Assembly (NCBI RefSeq): GCF_018350175.1
Contig: NC_058368.1
Span: 236,036,001-236,100,000 of the forward strand
Length of the DNA: 64,000 nt
From: Felis catus
Lineage: Eukaryota
Direction: 5' to 3'
Under the pieces are notes generated by a model. The model worked only from the letters and a program-made list of their open reading frames with translations, was not told the origin of the DNA and did no database searches. The position numbers were made by a program, and so were the translations under genes. This document shows, one piece after another, positions 48,830 to 61,195 of the stretch (the stretch's first letter is position 1; each line of letters opens with the position of its first letter).

Positions 48830-49860
48830 CTGTGGCTACGGGACGCTTACCCCAAGGGACTTGGGGACGGACACGCCCGGGGGAGATGGTGAACACACCC
48901 CTAGGCCAGATACGTCGAGTTCCGGAGGAGACACGCTTTGCCACGACTTAGAATTAGTGGGGCGTGGAAACAGAACTTCACTCTGAAAATGCAAACTTGC
49001 TGACCTGCAACCGGGCCTCCCCGTCCTGCAGATTGAAGGTCTGACGGAGGAGCACGTCTGCGTGGCTCCCACCCGGGTCACCGGGGTGGCGTCTCACGCC
49101 CTGAGCGGCCGGGTCAGGGGAGTACCCGACCCCGGTGCGCCACCTCAAGGCACGCTGATGGATCAGTCCTTGAGGAAACCAACAAGACTGCGGGAAACAG
49201 GGCATCACGTGCCAGCCTCACCTTCCCTGGTGAAGACATTTGTGCCACTGACTCGTTCCCTGGCCTCAACATGGTGTAACTAATCCCTGTAATAATCACA
49301 GGGCAGAGGGAGCCTTCTCTTCGTAACACCAGGAAGTCCCCCGCCCCCCATACCTGTTTTCTTACATTTCCCTTTTTCAAGGACTGAGAGAGGTAGGTGG
49401 CCGGGGTTCTGCTTAGCTCGGGGCTTTTCTTCATCATGACAGGCCTTTGTTCCTGCACAGAGAGAGCTCTAATTACACCCTCTCCAAGCCAGGGCTCCGT
49501 GTCGGGGCCATGCAAATGCCAGGCGCCTTTTCTCTCCTCATTATGACCTGTCTCTTCCCTGGAAGGGTGGGGGCCCTTCCTTCGGAGCGAAAGACACACT
49601 TCCTTTGTCTTATTTTCGCCGGGGTTGCTCCAAATCGCCTTCCTGTTTAGGCGGCGGAGGGAAATGCTAGTTGTGAGCGTTTGCACGTCTGGCGGTGTTC
49701 GAAGTCAGGAATCGGCAAGAGCGGCGTCCGATCGCCCCGGGATCCCCCGATGCCACCTGCCCTTCCAAGCGCGCGGCCCGGGAGCGGGGCTGCGCGTGCC
49801 GCGCCCTGTGTGACCACCACATGGCCACCTTGGGCCCGCATAATGACGCCATTTCAAATG
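48830..49860. promoter_or_regulatory. CpG-rich patch (CpG-island-like)
   Basis: Locally dense CpG, for example 49700-49810 (gcgcggcccgggagcggggctgcgcgtgccgcgccc); not computed. Confidence 0.45.
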
Positions 49861-50538
49861 CAATCTATGCACCCCAGGGCTCCACAACCCATCTGAAGGA
49901 GGCTCAAATTAGCTGAGCCCTGCTCCCCTCGCACTTTGTGTAAGGGTCTGATTTGTGCTTTTTAATTAGGAGGTTATTCAAATAACCTTTGGATGCGCGC
50001 TTCTACAATAACCAGACTAGGTCTTAGTATCATTTCAATTGCGGGGCTAGTTAGGAAAAAGGATTCAAAGCTCCATAATATTTTGGTGTAATGTAGGGAT
50101 CTTTACAAGGTCACCCCAATTTCATAGCTTCCGCTGTTACTTTTGGCGGTGACTTTCTTCCAAAGAATTGTTCTTCCAACTTTAAAAACCAAGTCAAAAC
50201 CTGAAGGAACAGCATGATTGGGGAATTCTTTCTTTCTTTCTTTCTATCTCATGCTGTTTTAAAATCCAACCCCAAAAACAACTGATGTAAATTTAACCAT
50301 TTTTGTTTCATGCAACAGTATCTTTATCTGGTAAATAGGGCATTTTTAATAAGAAATGATCTCCAATTTTTTAGAGATAAAATGTTCAAATTATATAAAA
50401 GCCATAGGAGTTATTAACTCTGCCATAATTTGATATTTGCTGGCGCAGGAAAAATGTAATACAGACAATACCTATTTTACTACATATTTTGTATACAGTA
50501 TTTAAATTATTTACGAAAATCAAATACCTGCATATACA

Positions 50539-50755
50539 TTTTTTTTAATTTTTTTTAACGTTTATTTTTGAGACAGAGAGAGACAGAGCATGAACGGGGG
50601 AGGGTCAGAGAGAGAGGGAGACACAGAATCTGAAACAGGCTCCAGGCTCTGAGCTGTCGGCACAGAGCCCGACGCGGGGCTTGAACCCACAGACCGCGAG
50701 ATCATGACCCGAGCCGAAGTCGGTCGCTTAACCGACTGAGCCACCCAGGCGCCCC
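50539..50755 (-). mobile_element. Can-SINE
   Basis: Full SINE body. Confidence 0.97.
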
Positions 50756-52189
50756 TATATTTTAAACATACATGTAGGCAATCAATTGAGTTTTTGAGTA
50801 AAGAACATTGTGCTATAAATTGTCAAATTATCAACTTATGCCATCATATGTATAACATGTATTAATATGCTCACTTCATTTTATAATACGTTGTATTGAA
50901 AACACTGACGTTAATTAGGCTTCTCTTGACTTTACAGACTTTATTTTTTTGACTTGTGTTTTAACAATTAAATTATTCCTTTTCATTAGGAATCACATCT
51001 CTAAAATATTCCTAAATGATAAAATCAAATAATCTTTCTATTACTATTATAGATCATTTCATATATCATTAAGTAAATTACCGTCGTTGAAATTAAGCAT
51101 TTTCATTAACAGGCAACTCTATCTCCTACTTGAACTACCCTAATTAATTTGCCAGCTTTGATGTGTAATACCAAGACCACCTCGTATGTTAGAAGTAAAA
51201 TGTACAGGGAGAACGGTCAGACCCCCAAATTCCTCAAATAACTATTCCAGATTGCTTCCCATTGACAGTATCTGATTACCTTTATAGTCCCTACATTTAA
51301 TTGATAACATTGTGTATTTTACATAAAGCGATTTGCCTAAACCAAAGATTTTTAGATAAAAAGACGCAGCAGAATGATCACATTTCTAATGGTAGGATCT
51401 TGAATATTTGTTTCATAAAATCACACCCAACTGTACATTATTTGTGAAAGGTAGGAAGATGCTCACTGTTTCCCTGTTTGTAAACGTAAGATTTGGAGGG
51501 GAAAATGGGTGCTGCAAAGAATGCCTTGCAGAACCAGGCTCTCTTGGAGACACAGGTGACTTCAGTCCAGGCGCCGGTCGGTCGCACAAGCCTGGCCACG
51601 CATAGGTGCCCATGCCTCCCCGGCAGCTCTGAGTCACCCACCTTGGGGGACACAGGGTGACTCCCAAAACTCCCGCATCCACCTTACTCTGCGCATTTTT
51701 CAAAACAAATGCTTCCATTGGCCTGTTTGCTTTCATTTATCATTAGGTAACTCACATTTTCTTCTATTTTAAAGACGGTTGGGATCATTTTAGCCACCTT
51801 TTAAAAGTAACAGCAGTATGTCAGACGTCGTCTTTTTTCTATTGTTAAAATCTAGACCAGCTGCCCTTTGAAGATTCCCACTGCCTTACTAACTCCCTGC
51901 ATGGAAAAAACTTTCCCTAAGGTGTAAGTTACAGCAAAATGATACACTTTTCGATCGTTTCCATCTTAACATTTTGTGGGCTCCCTGCCCCCCCCCCCCC
52001 GCTCCCCGGAAGGCATATTAATGAATTAAGTGGGAGTTAGTGAACGTAAAAATGTATTTGTCGGTAAATTCCAGGCGGTAAGAGGTGAATGGCTATGCTT
52101 TTCGCCAATTCAAAAGGAGGACAGTGGCAGCAGCAGGAAGTAGCTGCTAAACGAGGTGGATCTAGATGAAGACGAACTTAGTTAATTCT

Positions 52190-52420
52190 TAAAACAAACC
52201 TCCGCAGCGTGAGGAAACCAAACAGAGAGGTTGAGCAACTTGCCCCAGGTCACACAGCTATCACATTGCAGAGGTCTTGTGGCCAAATCTTAACCCCTGG
52301 CGCCTGGGCTGCGACTGTTTCTGTGAGTTGGTCACCTCCCCAGGGTTATCCTCCGGGCGCTCCAATATAAATGGGGGATTACAACACCAGGCTGTTGCAG
52401 GAATTCAATGGGACAATTGT
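52190..52420. mobile_element. MIR relics
   Basis: gaggaaaccaaacagagaggttgagcaacttgccccaggtcacacagcta (antisense core), followed by a possible sense-oriented piece. Confidence 0.7.
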
Positions 52421-52628
52421 TTATTGTCAAATTCCTTGGCCCGTTTCCAGGAAGGGGGCAGGCGCCGCACGCGTGTGTATGTGTGTGTCTGTGTTGCTCG
52501 TGTGTCCTACTCCCAGAACTGTCTTCCATACACTAGAGGTTCAGTAAGTCCAGGGACAGTAAATACATAGATGGGCGATATATGTACATAAGTGAATGTC
52601 AAAAATGTTTTTAGAATTGTTCTTGGAA

Positions 52629-52779
52629 GGAGGCAAACCCTAAGAGCCTCTTAAATACTGAGAACAAACTGAGGGTTGATGGGGAGGGGAGAGGGGAAAG
52701 TGGGCGATGGGCATGGAGGAGGGCACCTGTTGGGATGAGCACTGGGTGCTGTGTGGAAACCAATTGGACAATAAATTAT
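52629..52779 (+). mobile_element. Short felid/carnivore L1 3' end
   Basis: ggaggcaaaccctaagagcctcttaaatactgagaacaaactgagggttgat...aaccaattggacaataaatta. Confidence 0.95.
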
Positions 52780-53385
52780 ATATATATATAAGTATATATA
52801 AATATATAAAATTATAAAAATTTATAAATAGATATTCATAAATATATATAAATATATAAAATTATAAAAGAATATAAGCTATATATGAATAATATAATAT
52901 ATAAATATATTTATATAATAATAAAATATAATATTTGTATATTAAATATAAATATCTAATACTTGTAATAGTAAATAAATATATAAATATATAAAATTAT
53001 ATGATTATATGTATATAATTTTATATATTTATGTATTCATATACATATATTTATTTTATATTTATATTTTACATAAATATATAAAATTATATATGATTAT
53101 ATGTATATGATTTTATATATTTATATAAATATACTCATTTTATATTTACATAAATATATTTAATTTATATTTATAAATATATTTATATTTTATATAAATA
53201 TATAAAATTATATATGATTATATGCATATAATTTTATATATTTATATATTTATATAAATATATTTATTTTATATTTATATAAATATATTTATTTTACTTT
53301 TATAAATATATTTATATTTTATATAAATATATAAAATTATATATGATTATACGTATATAATTTTATATATTTATATACTATAAAT
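52778..53385. repeat. ~600-bp AT-rich array with palindromic higher-order units
   Basis: Nearly pure A/T; four copies of AAATATATAAAATTATAT..ATATAATTTTATATATTT. Confidence 0.93.
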
Positions 53386-53429
53386 AAAATTTTTCTTGGA
53401 AATTAATTGTAATCATTTTTTCCTTTATC

Positions 53430-53585
53430 CCATACATCATCACTTTTGTCACTACGACCTGTCAGTGTCTGTATCCTCCTCCCCTATCGGAGTGTAAGAT
53501 TCTTTAGTTCAGGGACTGTCACTTACCAGTTTTTATACTCACACAGAGTGGGCACAGAGTAAATGCTGGCTGAATGCAAGTAAGT
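53430..53585 (+). mobile_element. LINE-2 3' end relic
   Basis: gagtgtaagattctttagttcagggactgtc...cacagagtgggcacagagtaaatgct...tgaatg. Confidence 0.65.
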
Positions 53586-53874
53586 TCACTTTTACTCCGA
53601 GGCACTGGAAGTCTTTGTCAGTTTCAAAGTGTTCAATGAAGGCAATACTTGCTTTGCGGGCTTAATATCGGCAAGAATTCTGGCCTGTGCGTTCTGATCA
53701 GTTAAAATCATGTTCAAACTGTACTTTTCCCAAGGTGCGGATACACTGCAGAGGAACAGCCAACCCAGCGGGAAGTCCCTGGCTGCTACTGGCCTGGGGC
53801 CCGCAGGAGGGCGAGGGGACACTGAGCCACTGCAGAGGGCATGGCTGCATCCTCCTGGACTGGGTCACGTTTTA

Positions 53875-54099
53875 TTTACTTATTTTTTTTAAGTTTTTAA
53901 AAGTTTCTTTATTTTTTAGAGAGAGACAGAGCGCGAGCAGGGGAGGGGCAGAGAGGGAGGGAGACACAGACTCCTAAGCAGGCTCCAGGCTCCGAGCTGT
54001 CAGCACAGAGCCCGACGCGGGGCTCGAACTCACGAACTGCGAGATCGTGACCTGAGCCGCAGTCGGCGCTTTACCCACTGAGCCCCCCCCAGGCGCCCC
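53875..54099 (-). mobile_element. Can-SINE
   Basis: SINE body; flanks ggtcacgtttta and ggtcacatttta. Confidence 0.96.
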
Positions 54100-54658
54100 T
54101 GGTCACATTTTAGAAAGAAGGAATAAACTTTGAAGGGCGATTTCTGACTTCAGGGACAGGGGAACAATCAGAAACGATCGTAGATGACAAAGCTGGGAAA
54201 ATCATCCATTTACAGTTTCAGCATCATCGACCAACCTCCTCCTGCAATCAGAGTGCGGGAACAGGTGTAAAACGTCTTCCTTTCACTCTGCATCTAGCTC
54301 CGACGCATCAGCGCACAGATTAAAATCTACCTTGTTCCCTTTCACCGCGTCACCGCTTGAGGACATAAACACAGGGAAAGAGCAACTTGTCCTGTGATGT
54401 CCAAGGCTGCTATTAACTAGATAACGCCGGTTCCAGATCTTTATTAGTTCGGTCCCGTCTCTTGGCGAGGCTCCCACCTCAGCGTGAGAACACCTGACCT
54501 CCTCCCCTCGCTCTTTGATTTCCCAGCCAAGCAGGTTTGTGTGCAAACCCTGTGGCATCAGGCTGGAGGGCAGAGGCCTCTGTCTCTGCTGAGAGTTAAA
54601 ACAGGCCTGGCCTTTCAACTGATTTGCTGGAATGGGTGCCTGGGTGTGTGCACGCACA

Positions 54659-54664
<6 letters not shown>

Positions 54665-54696
<32 letters not shown>

Positions 54697-54716
54697 CGTG
54701 TGCGCGCGCGTGTGTG
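54665..54716 (+). repeat. (TG)n/(CG)n alternating purine-pyrimidine tract
   Basis: tgtgtg...tgcgtgcgtgtgcgcgcgcgtgtgtg. Confidence 0.92.
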
Positions 54717-56904
54717 AGACAAGCCGTGGTCCTGTGCCCTGAGGTTGTGAGGCCCCAGTGTGTACCACCCGGATAGACGCACGCTGAGTCGGTGAGCCTC
54801 ATTATCAAAATGATGTTGACAAACTCAAAAGTACAAAGAAGAGAAGCAAAAAAAATGATAAAGCAGCCGAGACGATTGATTTACGAGGAAGAATAGAAAG
54901 ACCCATAGATAATAGTGAACTGTATTTTGTCTTCCTTACGCAGCACTTCGGGGGAATTCTAAACAGGCGCGTTGGCGGAAGAACGTTAGAGGGAAAATAT
55001 CCGGAAAACAATCACAGCGCGCCAACACTTAGGAGAAACCGAAAAGAGAGAAATTCCAAAGACAACCTCATCTGGTTAGCGAAAATGGGTACACGCCTCG
55101 TCGGTCCCGGGAGGCGGAAAAGAACACACCGCTGTGAGATCCACTGTAGAAAATTATTTTTAGTTAAAATGAGCGGGAGCCACCCATTTGCCTTGCCGAA
55201 GCCAACTCAAAAATAACGGCACGGTTTATGTAAATGCTGACACGCGCTGGCCCGTGAATTAGCTGCGGAGCGAACGTCGTCCCACATCACACCTGATAGA
55301 GGCACACTCAGCAGACGGGCGGGATGGGAGAGAATGGCTGTGGCCCGGAAGGGATGTCAGTATCATCTTCTTTTTCCACGCACTTGGCTCTATGCTCTAT
55401 TATGGAGGATAACGATTTGACAGTCTGACCCCTGGGAATAAAGTCAATATCAATCAGGGCTTGGTATCTGCTGACATCGGGGGACAGAGAAGAGCCCTAT
55501 TTACCTACGGAAGCGCAAGGCCGTGTGAGCCTCAGTGTTTATATTAAACAGAAAGTCTATGACGCTTTGCAACGATTTATCGTCACCTTCCTCCCAACAG
55601 CTGTGCCTTCGCCATCTTCCCAGACCCCTTCCTATGAGTTGAGTTGGGTCCACGCTCTCTCTCTCCCCGCAAGTACCCACTGCCTTTACGGGTGACGCGG
55701 CCAGCGGCCAATTTCCTCACAGCCAAGGGCAAGGTGGTTCTGTGCTGTTGCCGCTGCGACACAGAGGAATCGATTTCCAACTAAATGCCTCAACTGTGAT
55801 TATCATGACATTAGATTTCATGTGTTTGAGGGTTAAGATGTATGATTAGCAGCACGCAAACCCACATGTGGGGGGGGGGTCGACGCAGTTTTTAAGACAG
55901 GAGAATGCCGAGCGTTTGAGAGGCTGTGTTATGACTCAGAGACTGAAGACGGGCATCATTTTCTGAAACACATGATATTTTCACTCACCTATAAAAATCA
56001 AAACCTGCTACCTAATGCACACTATCAGAGCATGATAAAGAAGACTGAGGGACGTGTATTTTGCTCTCCTGGCTAACGAAAACTATCAGGAAACCTCTCT
56101 TTGATCAGCTTTTTATTTGGGGGTAATAATTACGGTTTTGATTTACAAGGAATATAATTGCGAGAGCCCCCAGTTAGTATCAAATGGCCTCTTAACGCGA
56201 TACACATATTTCTTTAAGTAACGCGCTTTGGAGCGCTCATTTTTTCCAGAAGCCAAGATAGAATTTCATACCCCGAAATGGTTTTCAGAAGCCACTTTTT
56301 CATCGGAATGTTTTCTTTCCGGGGAGTGCGGCTGAGCTGGCCAGGGGGCAGGCTTTGAGCCGGGGAAATACTCACTCCACTTTCCTTGGAAGTGGATTAT
56401 AAGAGTTCTTAGCAATTGCTTGACTTGGGTAATGGTGTTTTTCTATTTCTTCTTTCCCCGTATTTAATATTACAAAAGTGATTACAAATTTCTGCCTGCT
56501 TTTCCATTTCCTTCACTGGGCTGGGGAAGGTCAAGTGGGGAGCCTCCCTTTTCTCTGCCCATGCCGGTATTTCCAGAAAGTTCTCCTCTCCTTGCTTGAC
56601 CTGCTGACCTCTGGCCACCAGCCTTTTCCACCACTCCGGTCTACAACCTGACGTTGGGTCCCTAAGTCACTCTTTCATGAGCACGAGGCCATTTCCAAAA
56701 TAGTGGATTTGCCATATTATTCAATATTCTTGCATTAAAAAACTGCAAAGAATACCCACTTTAGTTTTTCTTTACCCGAGAGAAGTAAAAAGAAAATATT
56801 TGAGAATCTCTTCCAAACAGGGTTGATAAAAAAAAAAAATCACAAAATAACCAAAGACCATCGTTCATCGGAAGGATCTGACTTTGCTGGTTGCAAATCC
56901 CTCT

Positions 56905-57770
56905 GTTGGGGCGCAAGCGGACAAGGAGACAAGGGCCAGCGCCGGGGTGACCCGGCCACTGGGCAGGTGCGGGAAGGGGGCGGGGAAGGACGCAAGGAGC
57001 CCGCTGCCCCCGAGGCGGTCTTCTGGGCCGCGTGTGTGTCTGCAGGGCACATTGTGACACACAGCACGATTACACTATGCCTCCTTACTTATGGCCGCGT
57101 CTCCTCGTGGCGACGGGGCCACGGAGACAGTCCCTGGAGGAGTTAGTCCGCCCGGCAGAGAGGAGCGTGTGCCGCGCACGGTGTTGCCTTGCTGGGCGAC
57201 AGAGCGGAGGCTGAGGACGCGCACACAGAGGGGCAGAGGCAGACACAGCCAGGACGTGCCAGGTAGACCAGGGACGTGCAGCACCCCTCCGGGAAGGACG
57301 CAAGGTGCCTAACAAATGCGGGCTCCCAGGCGTCTGGTTCTCAGGGGAGCAGGTGCACCAGCGGTGAGTAGGGCTGGTCTCCAGCAGGGACAGTCCCCCC
57401 ACCCCCAGCCCCAAGAGCTCCGAGTCGGGGAGGGAGAAGGGCAGGGGCAGGGAAGGCGGGAGGCGGCCTGAGCCAAGGCCTGCTCTCCCAGCCCCGGCTG
57501 GGGAGCGAGGTGCACCTGCCATCACCTCGGAGCCAGGCGGCCTGTTCTGCGGCCCCCGGCTCGGCTGGCTCGGGAGCAAGGCGCTCCCCAGCCGCACCCG
57601 AGAGCCAGGCGGCAGCAGGTGGCAGCATTGTCAAAGGCCTGGCGGGCCAGCCTGCGCGGGCAGGAAGTTTTGCTTGTGGAGGGGACTTCGACCTTTCAAG
57701 AATTTACTGTCACCTCCTGACTGCTCCATTGTTCGCCGGTGACGGCGGCTCGTAATTAGCCACGAGGCAC
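56905..57770. promoter_or_regulatory. CpG-island-like GC-rich region
   Basis: About 850 bp of very high GC with many CpGs and GC boxes (ggggcgggg near 56977); no credible ORF. Confidence 0.6.
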
Positions 57771-58004
57771 TTGGAATTGACTTATGTGAACGATTCCTTC
57801 CACTCACTGTTTTCCCGCATGACATCAACCTGAATTCCTGCACCTGGAATGTACCAGACGGTGGTCCTGGCATCTGAGAGACAGCGGCAACCTCTGTCGA
57901 GCTTGCAGTAAACAAAACCAAACCAGAAATGAATGGGGGGGGGGGGGGAGGAAACGGAGGGAGGTGTGGATAGAAGGAATGCAATGAAATGTCTTCTCTT
58001 CTTT

Positions 58005-58232
58005 CTTTTCTTTCTCAAATCTGTCTTTTATTTTATTTTGCATTTTTTTAGTGTTTATTTATTTTTGAGAGAGAAAGAAAAAGAGTGTGAGCGAGGAAGG
58101 GGCAGAATCCGAAGCAGGCTCCAGGCTCCGAACGGTCAGCACAGAGCCCACGAGGGGCTGGAACTGATGAACCGTGAGATCGTGACCTCAGCCGAAGTCA
58201 AGGCTTCAGCCACTGAGCCATCCGGGCGCCCC
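58005..58232 (-). mobile_element. Can-SINE
   Basis: 17-bp TSD AATGTCTTCTCTTCTTT at 57988-58004 and 58234-58250. Confidence 0.95.
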
Positions 58233-59107
58233 TAATGTCTTCTCTTCTTTAACCTGAGTGTGGAGGATAGGGCGACCCCGTGCATGTTAGAATGGCTTTC
58301 TCCCTTCTTCTTGTTTAAGTAGTGACGGAGATATAAGACAGGGGGCCCCTCTTTCTCATCTGAGTCCGGGTGACTTGGCAATCGTCAGCTGGGCTGCACG
58401 TCACACGATTAAGGGGAAACACAGCCGGGACCCAACATCCTCGAGCCAAGCAGTTCCCCCAAGGAAGAGGCAAAGTCATTTTCCTGTCCCCAGCTGCAAA
58501 CGTGGGCTGGAAAGAGCAAGAGCTTCGAACCACAATGAGGGCACGTGTGCACACGAAGGTCACACTCACCTGTCGGTAACAAGGACAGCGGGCCCTCGTG
58601 GCTGCAGGTGACACATGGCTTTCCCTTCCGTATGACCCAGTTGGCCTTTGACTTTCCATTGTGTTTGTGACCCAAAATGCTATTGTTTTCCTCTGTTGCT
58701 TTTGTGCCCCGTGCTGATGCTCAGCCAGGACGTCTCCGGTCCGGATCAGACATTTTACTGCGTCCCCACATCTCAGCCAGGCACGCGGGCTCTCTCCCTA
58801 CGCCCCGCACACCCAGGCGCACGCACGCGTGCCTCGGCTGGCTCTCTGCGTCGGACTAAATTAGTACTGATTGCTCATATATGCTTAATAGTTCACAAGG
58901 AAAACTCCTTCCATTAGAAGTGCATCGAGCTGCCATGTGGAGGCCGGAAACTGACACCACCGAGTTGTAGAAGCAAGTTCTGTTTAAAATGATGCCAGAG
59001 TGAAGCACCGGCATTCATTAAATCAGGCAGAGTTTCTCATTAAACGTGTAGATTGACAGTCGGAACTAACTGTCATTTGCGGCTTCCTTAGAGTCCCCCT
59101 ACCCAGT

Positions 59108-59109
59108 AA

Positions 59110-59148
<39 letters not shown>
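59108..59148 (+). repeat. (TA)n microsatellite
   Basis: Seen directly. Confidence 0.95.
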
Positions 59149-60599
59149 TTGCACAGTTGATATTATATTTAGAATAAAATAGTGAAATTGTGACTATTTG
59201 CTGGCTGGTAGATGCCTGCTTTGTATGAAAACAGCACCGTTTTTTCTTCCTTTGTCACCTCTCCAGAAGAAGGAAGCTAAACCCAGTCAGGAGGCCGGTC
59301 ACCAACACTTCGAGTTTACGTCAAAATAACAGATGAAATGGACCCCGTGCTACCCGGAATACATTTAAATATTAATCAAAAACTCCCAAAATTCACAGCT
59401 GGGGTTTCCGTTTTCTTACCATTTAATTCCTGCATGTACTTTACTGTAACCACAGCCAATAAATCGTTTCATGAAAGATTCCTGGTAACGCAGCTATGGA
59501 GGAAGGGTCCAAAAATTAACATCTCTTCATGCGTAGAATGACTTGATGAAGGAGAGGCACACATCACTCATTACAAAAATACAATTTTTTTTCTCACAGA
59601 TCTGAGGCCCCTAGGTGACACTATTTTGCATCTTAACATAAAATATGAAATGCAGAACCTTCTGCTATTAACAGATAGTGCCGGAGCACTCTGCCCTGGG
59701 CCGCTTGCAAAGATAAAAGATAGTCATGCCTTGAGGTACATAAGGAAAATATTTTTCCCATAAATATGGGATCCTGATCATCAATGAACAGGTATTCCGG
59801 AAGGTACTGTCAGTACGAAATGTCATCTAGGAGCAAAGATGCTTTCCTGATCTAAAAAAAAAAAAAAATCATGTATATGCGTCGATGTACATGTGCTTAC
59901 ATATTCAAAACTGTGTGTGAGTGATGGAAAAACCTGTAGGAAACAGTCTTCAAAAAATAAATGCAATTTTCCAGAGAACAACCTGAAAGACCGAGTCATT
60001 ACTTGGAGCTCTTCTACTAAGAATTGTCTTCCATGAATGTGTGCTCTGTTCTTGTCCCCGTCCAATTTATTCACTTCCTTAAATGTAGCCTCTATTTAAA
60101 AAAAAAAAAAACCTAGGCGGACACTCCTGTCTGTGAAAGGCTCCTTCCTTTTTACACCTGCGTTCTAGAAGGAGTATTTCATTTTACAACAATGTCTTTT
60201 TTTTTGTTCACAGTCTCATTTCTTCATTCTGTCAGGAGCTTGGATTTCTCTCTTAAGGTAGATCCTCTAAGGCCCCCTGAGCTACTGCGAATTTGAAAGT
60301 ACTTTTTCTAGAAAGCTTTTTCTCCTTCTCTTTGCTCAGTCTTTCACAGTGTGAATTTATTTCAGGAGGTGGCTCTGCAGCCTTTGTGCGTAAATATAGA
60401 CAGAAGTGGATATAGATACAGATGGGTAGGCACGGATGCAGGTGGGGAAATGCTGGCTTTGGTGCTCCTAGTGTCCCCTGACTGGCGTGCCTGCCTCTGT
60501 CCTGCTCTTCCTCTAGGGTAGGGAGAAGTTTTCTTGGGCTTTCTGTGACTCACTGACTACCGTTGTCAAGAGTTTTAAAAAAATAAATTATCAGAAACT

Positions 60600-61195
60600 T
60601 TGGAAGAAATCTTCACCTTTGTCCTTGGAACTTAAACTATTACTTGAACATTCTTTCTGAGGATAGCACAAATTATAGTAACATGTGCAGTCTTAAATCA
60701 ACAGTATCTTCATGATCTTGACATCCATAATTCCGTAAGTCAAGCCAAGATGGAAAACAATACCCTCCTTTAATTACATACAAGGTTTTGAATTCATAGT
60801 GCACAAAAGAGCCCAGAATAACCCAAAGTGTGTTAGAAAAATGAACTTAGCAAAGATAAAATAGTTTTTTGGGTGGATGTAACTAAATTCCTGAAAAACT
60901 CTGCAGCTTTATTTAAAAGAATATTGGGGGAAAATTCTCCACAGAATATCTTGTAGTTTTGTGCCATAATGGATTTTCTTTGCAACGTAATTCCCAGGCA
61001 AAAGCTAAGATACAAACTGCATATATTTTCTGCAGAGCGGTATTTTTGATTTGGCAAAATGTACGAAATGAATGTATGTGGTCATGTCCACATTTCAAAT
61101 GAGTGGAAAAAACAGAGTGTTCACCAAATAGCATTGAGAAAACTGAGTTGCTCTCTTAAAATAAAGCAATTCAACTATTAACTTAAAATATTTGA
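60600..61195 (+). mobile_element. Degraded old L1 ORF2 fragment (late ORF2)
   Basis: aagagcccagaataacccaaag; ttcaccaaatagcattgagaaaactg. Confidence 0.5.

Noticed and set aside
52985..53372. CRISPR-like repeat-spacer array
   Set aside because: The spacers are low-complexity AT of irregular length, there are no cas genes, and the context is eukaryotic.
56761..57755. Many overlapping ORFs in the GC-rich region as coding exons
   Set aside because: Stop-poor GC-rich DNA gives ORFs in all frames; the peptides are low-complexity P/G/A/R with no domain.
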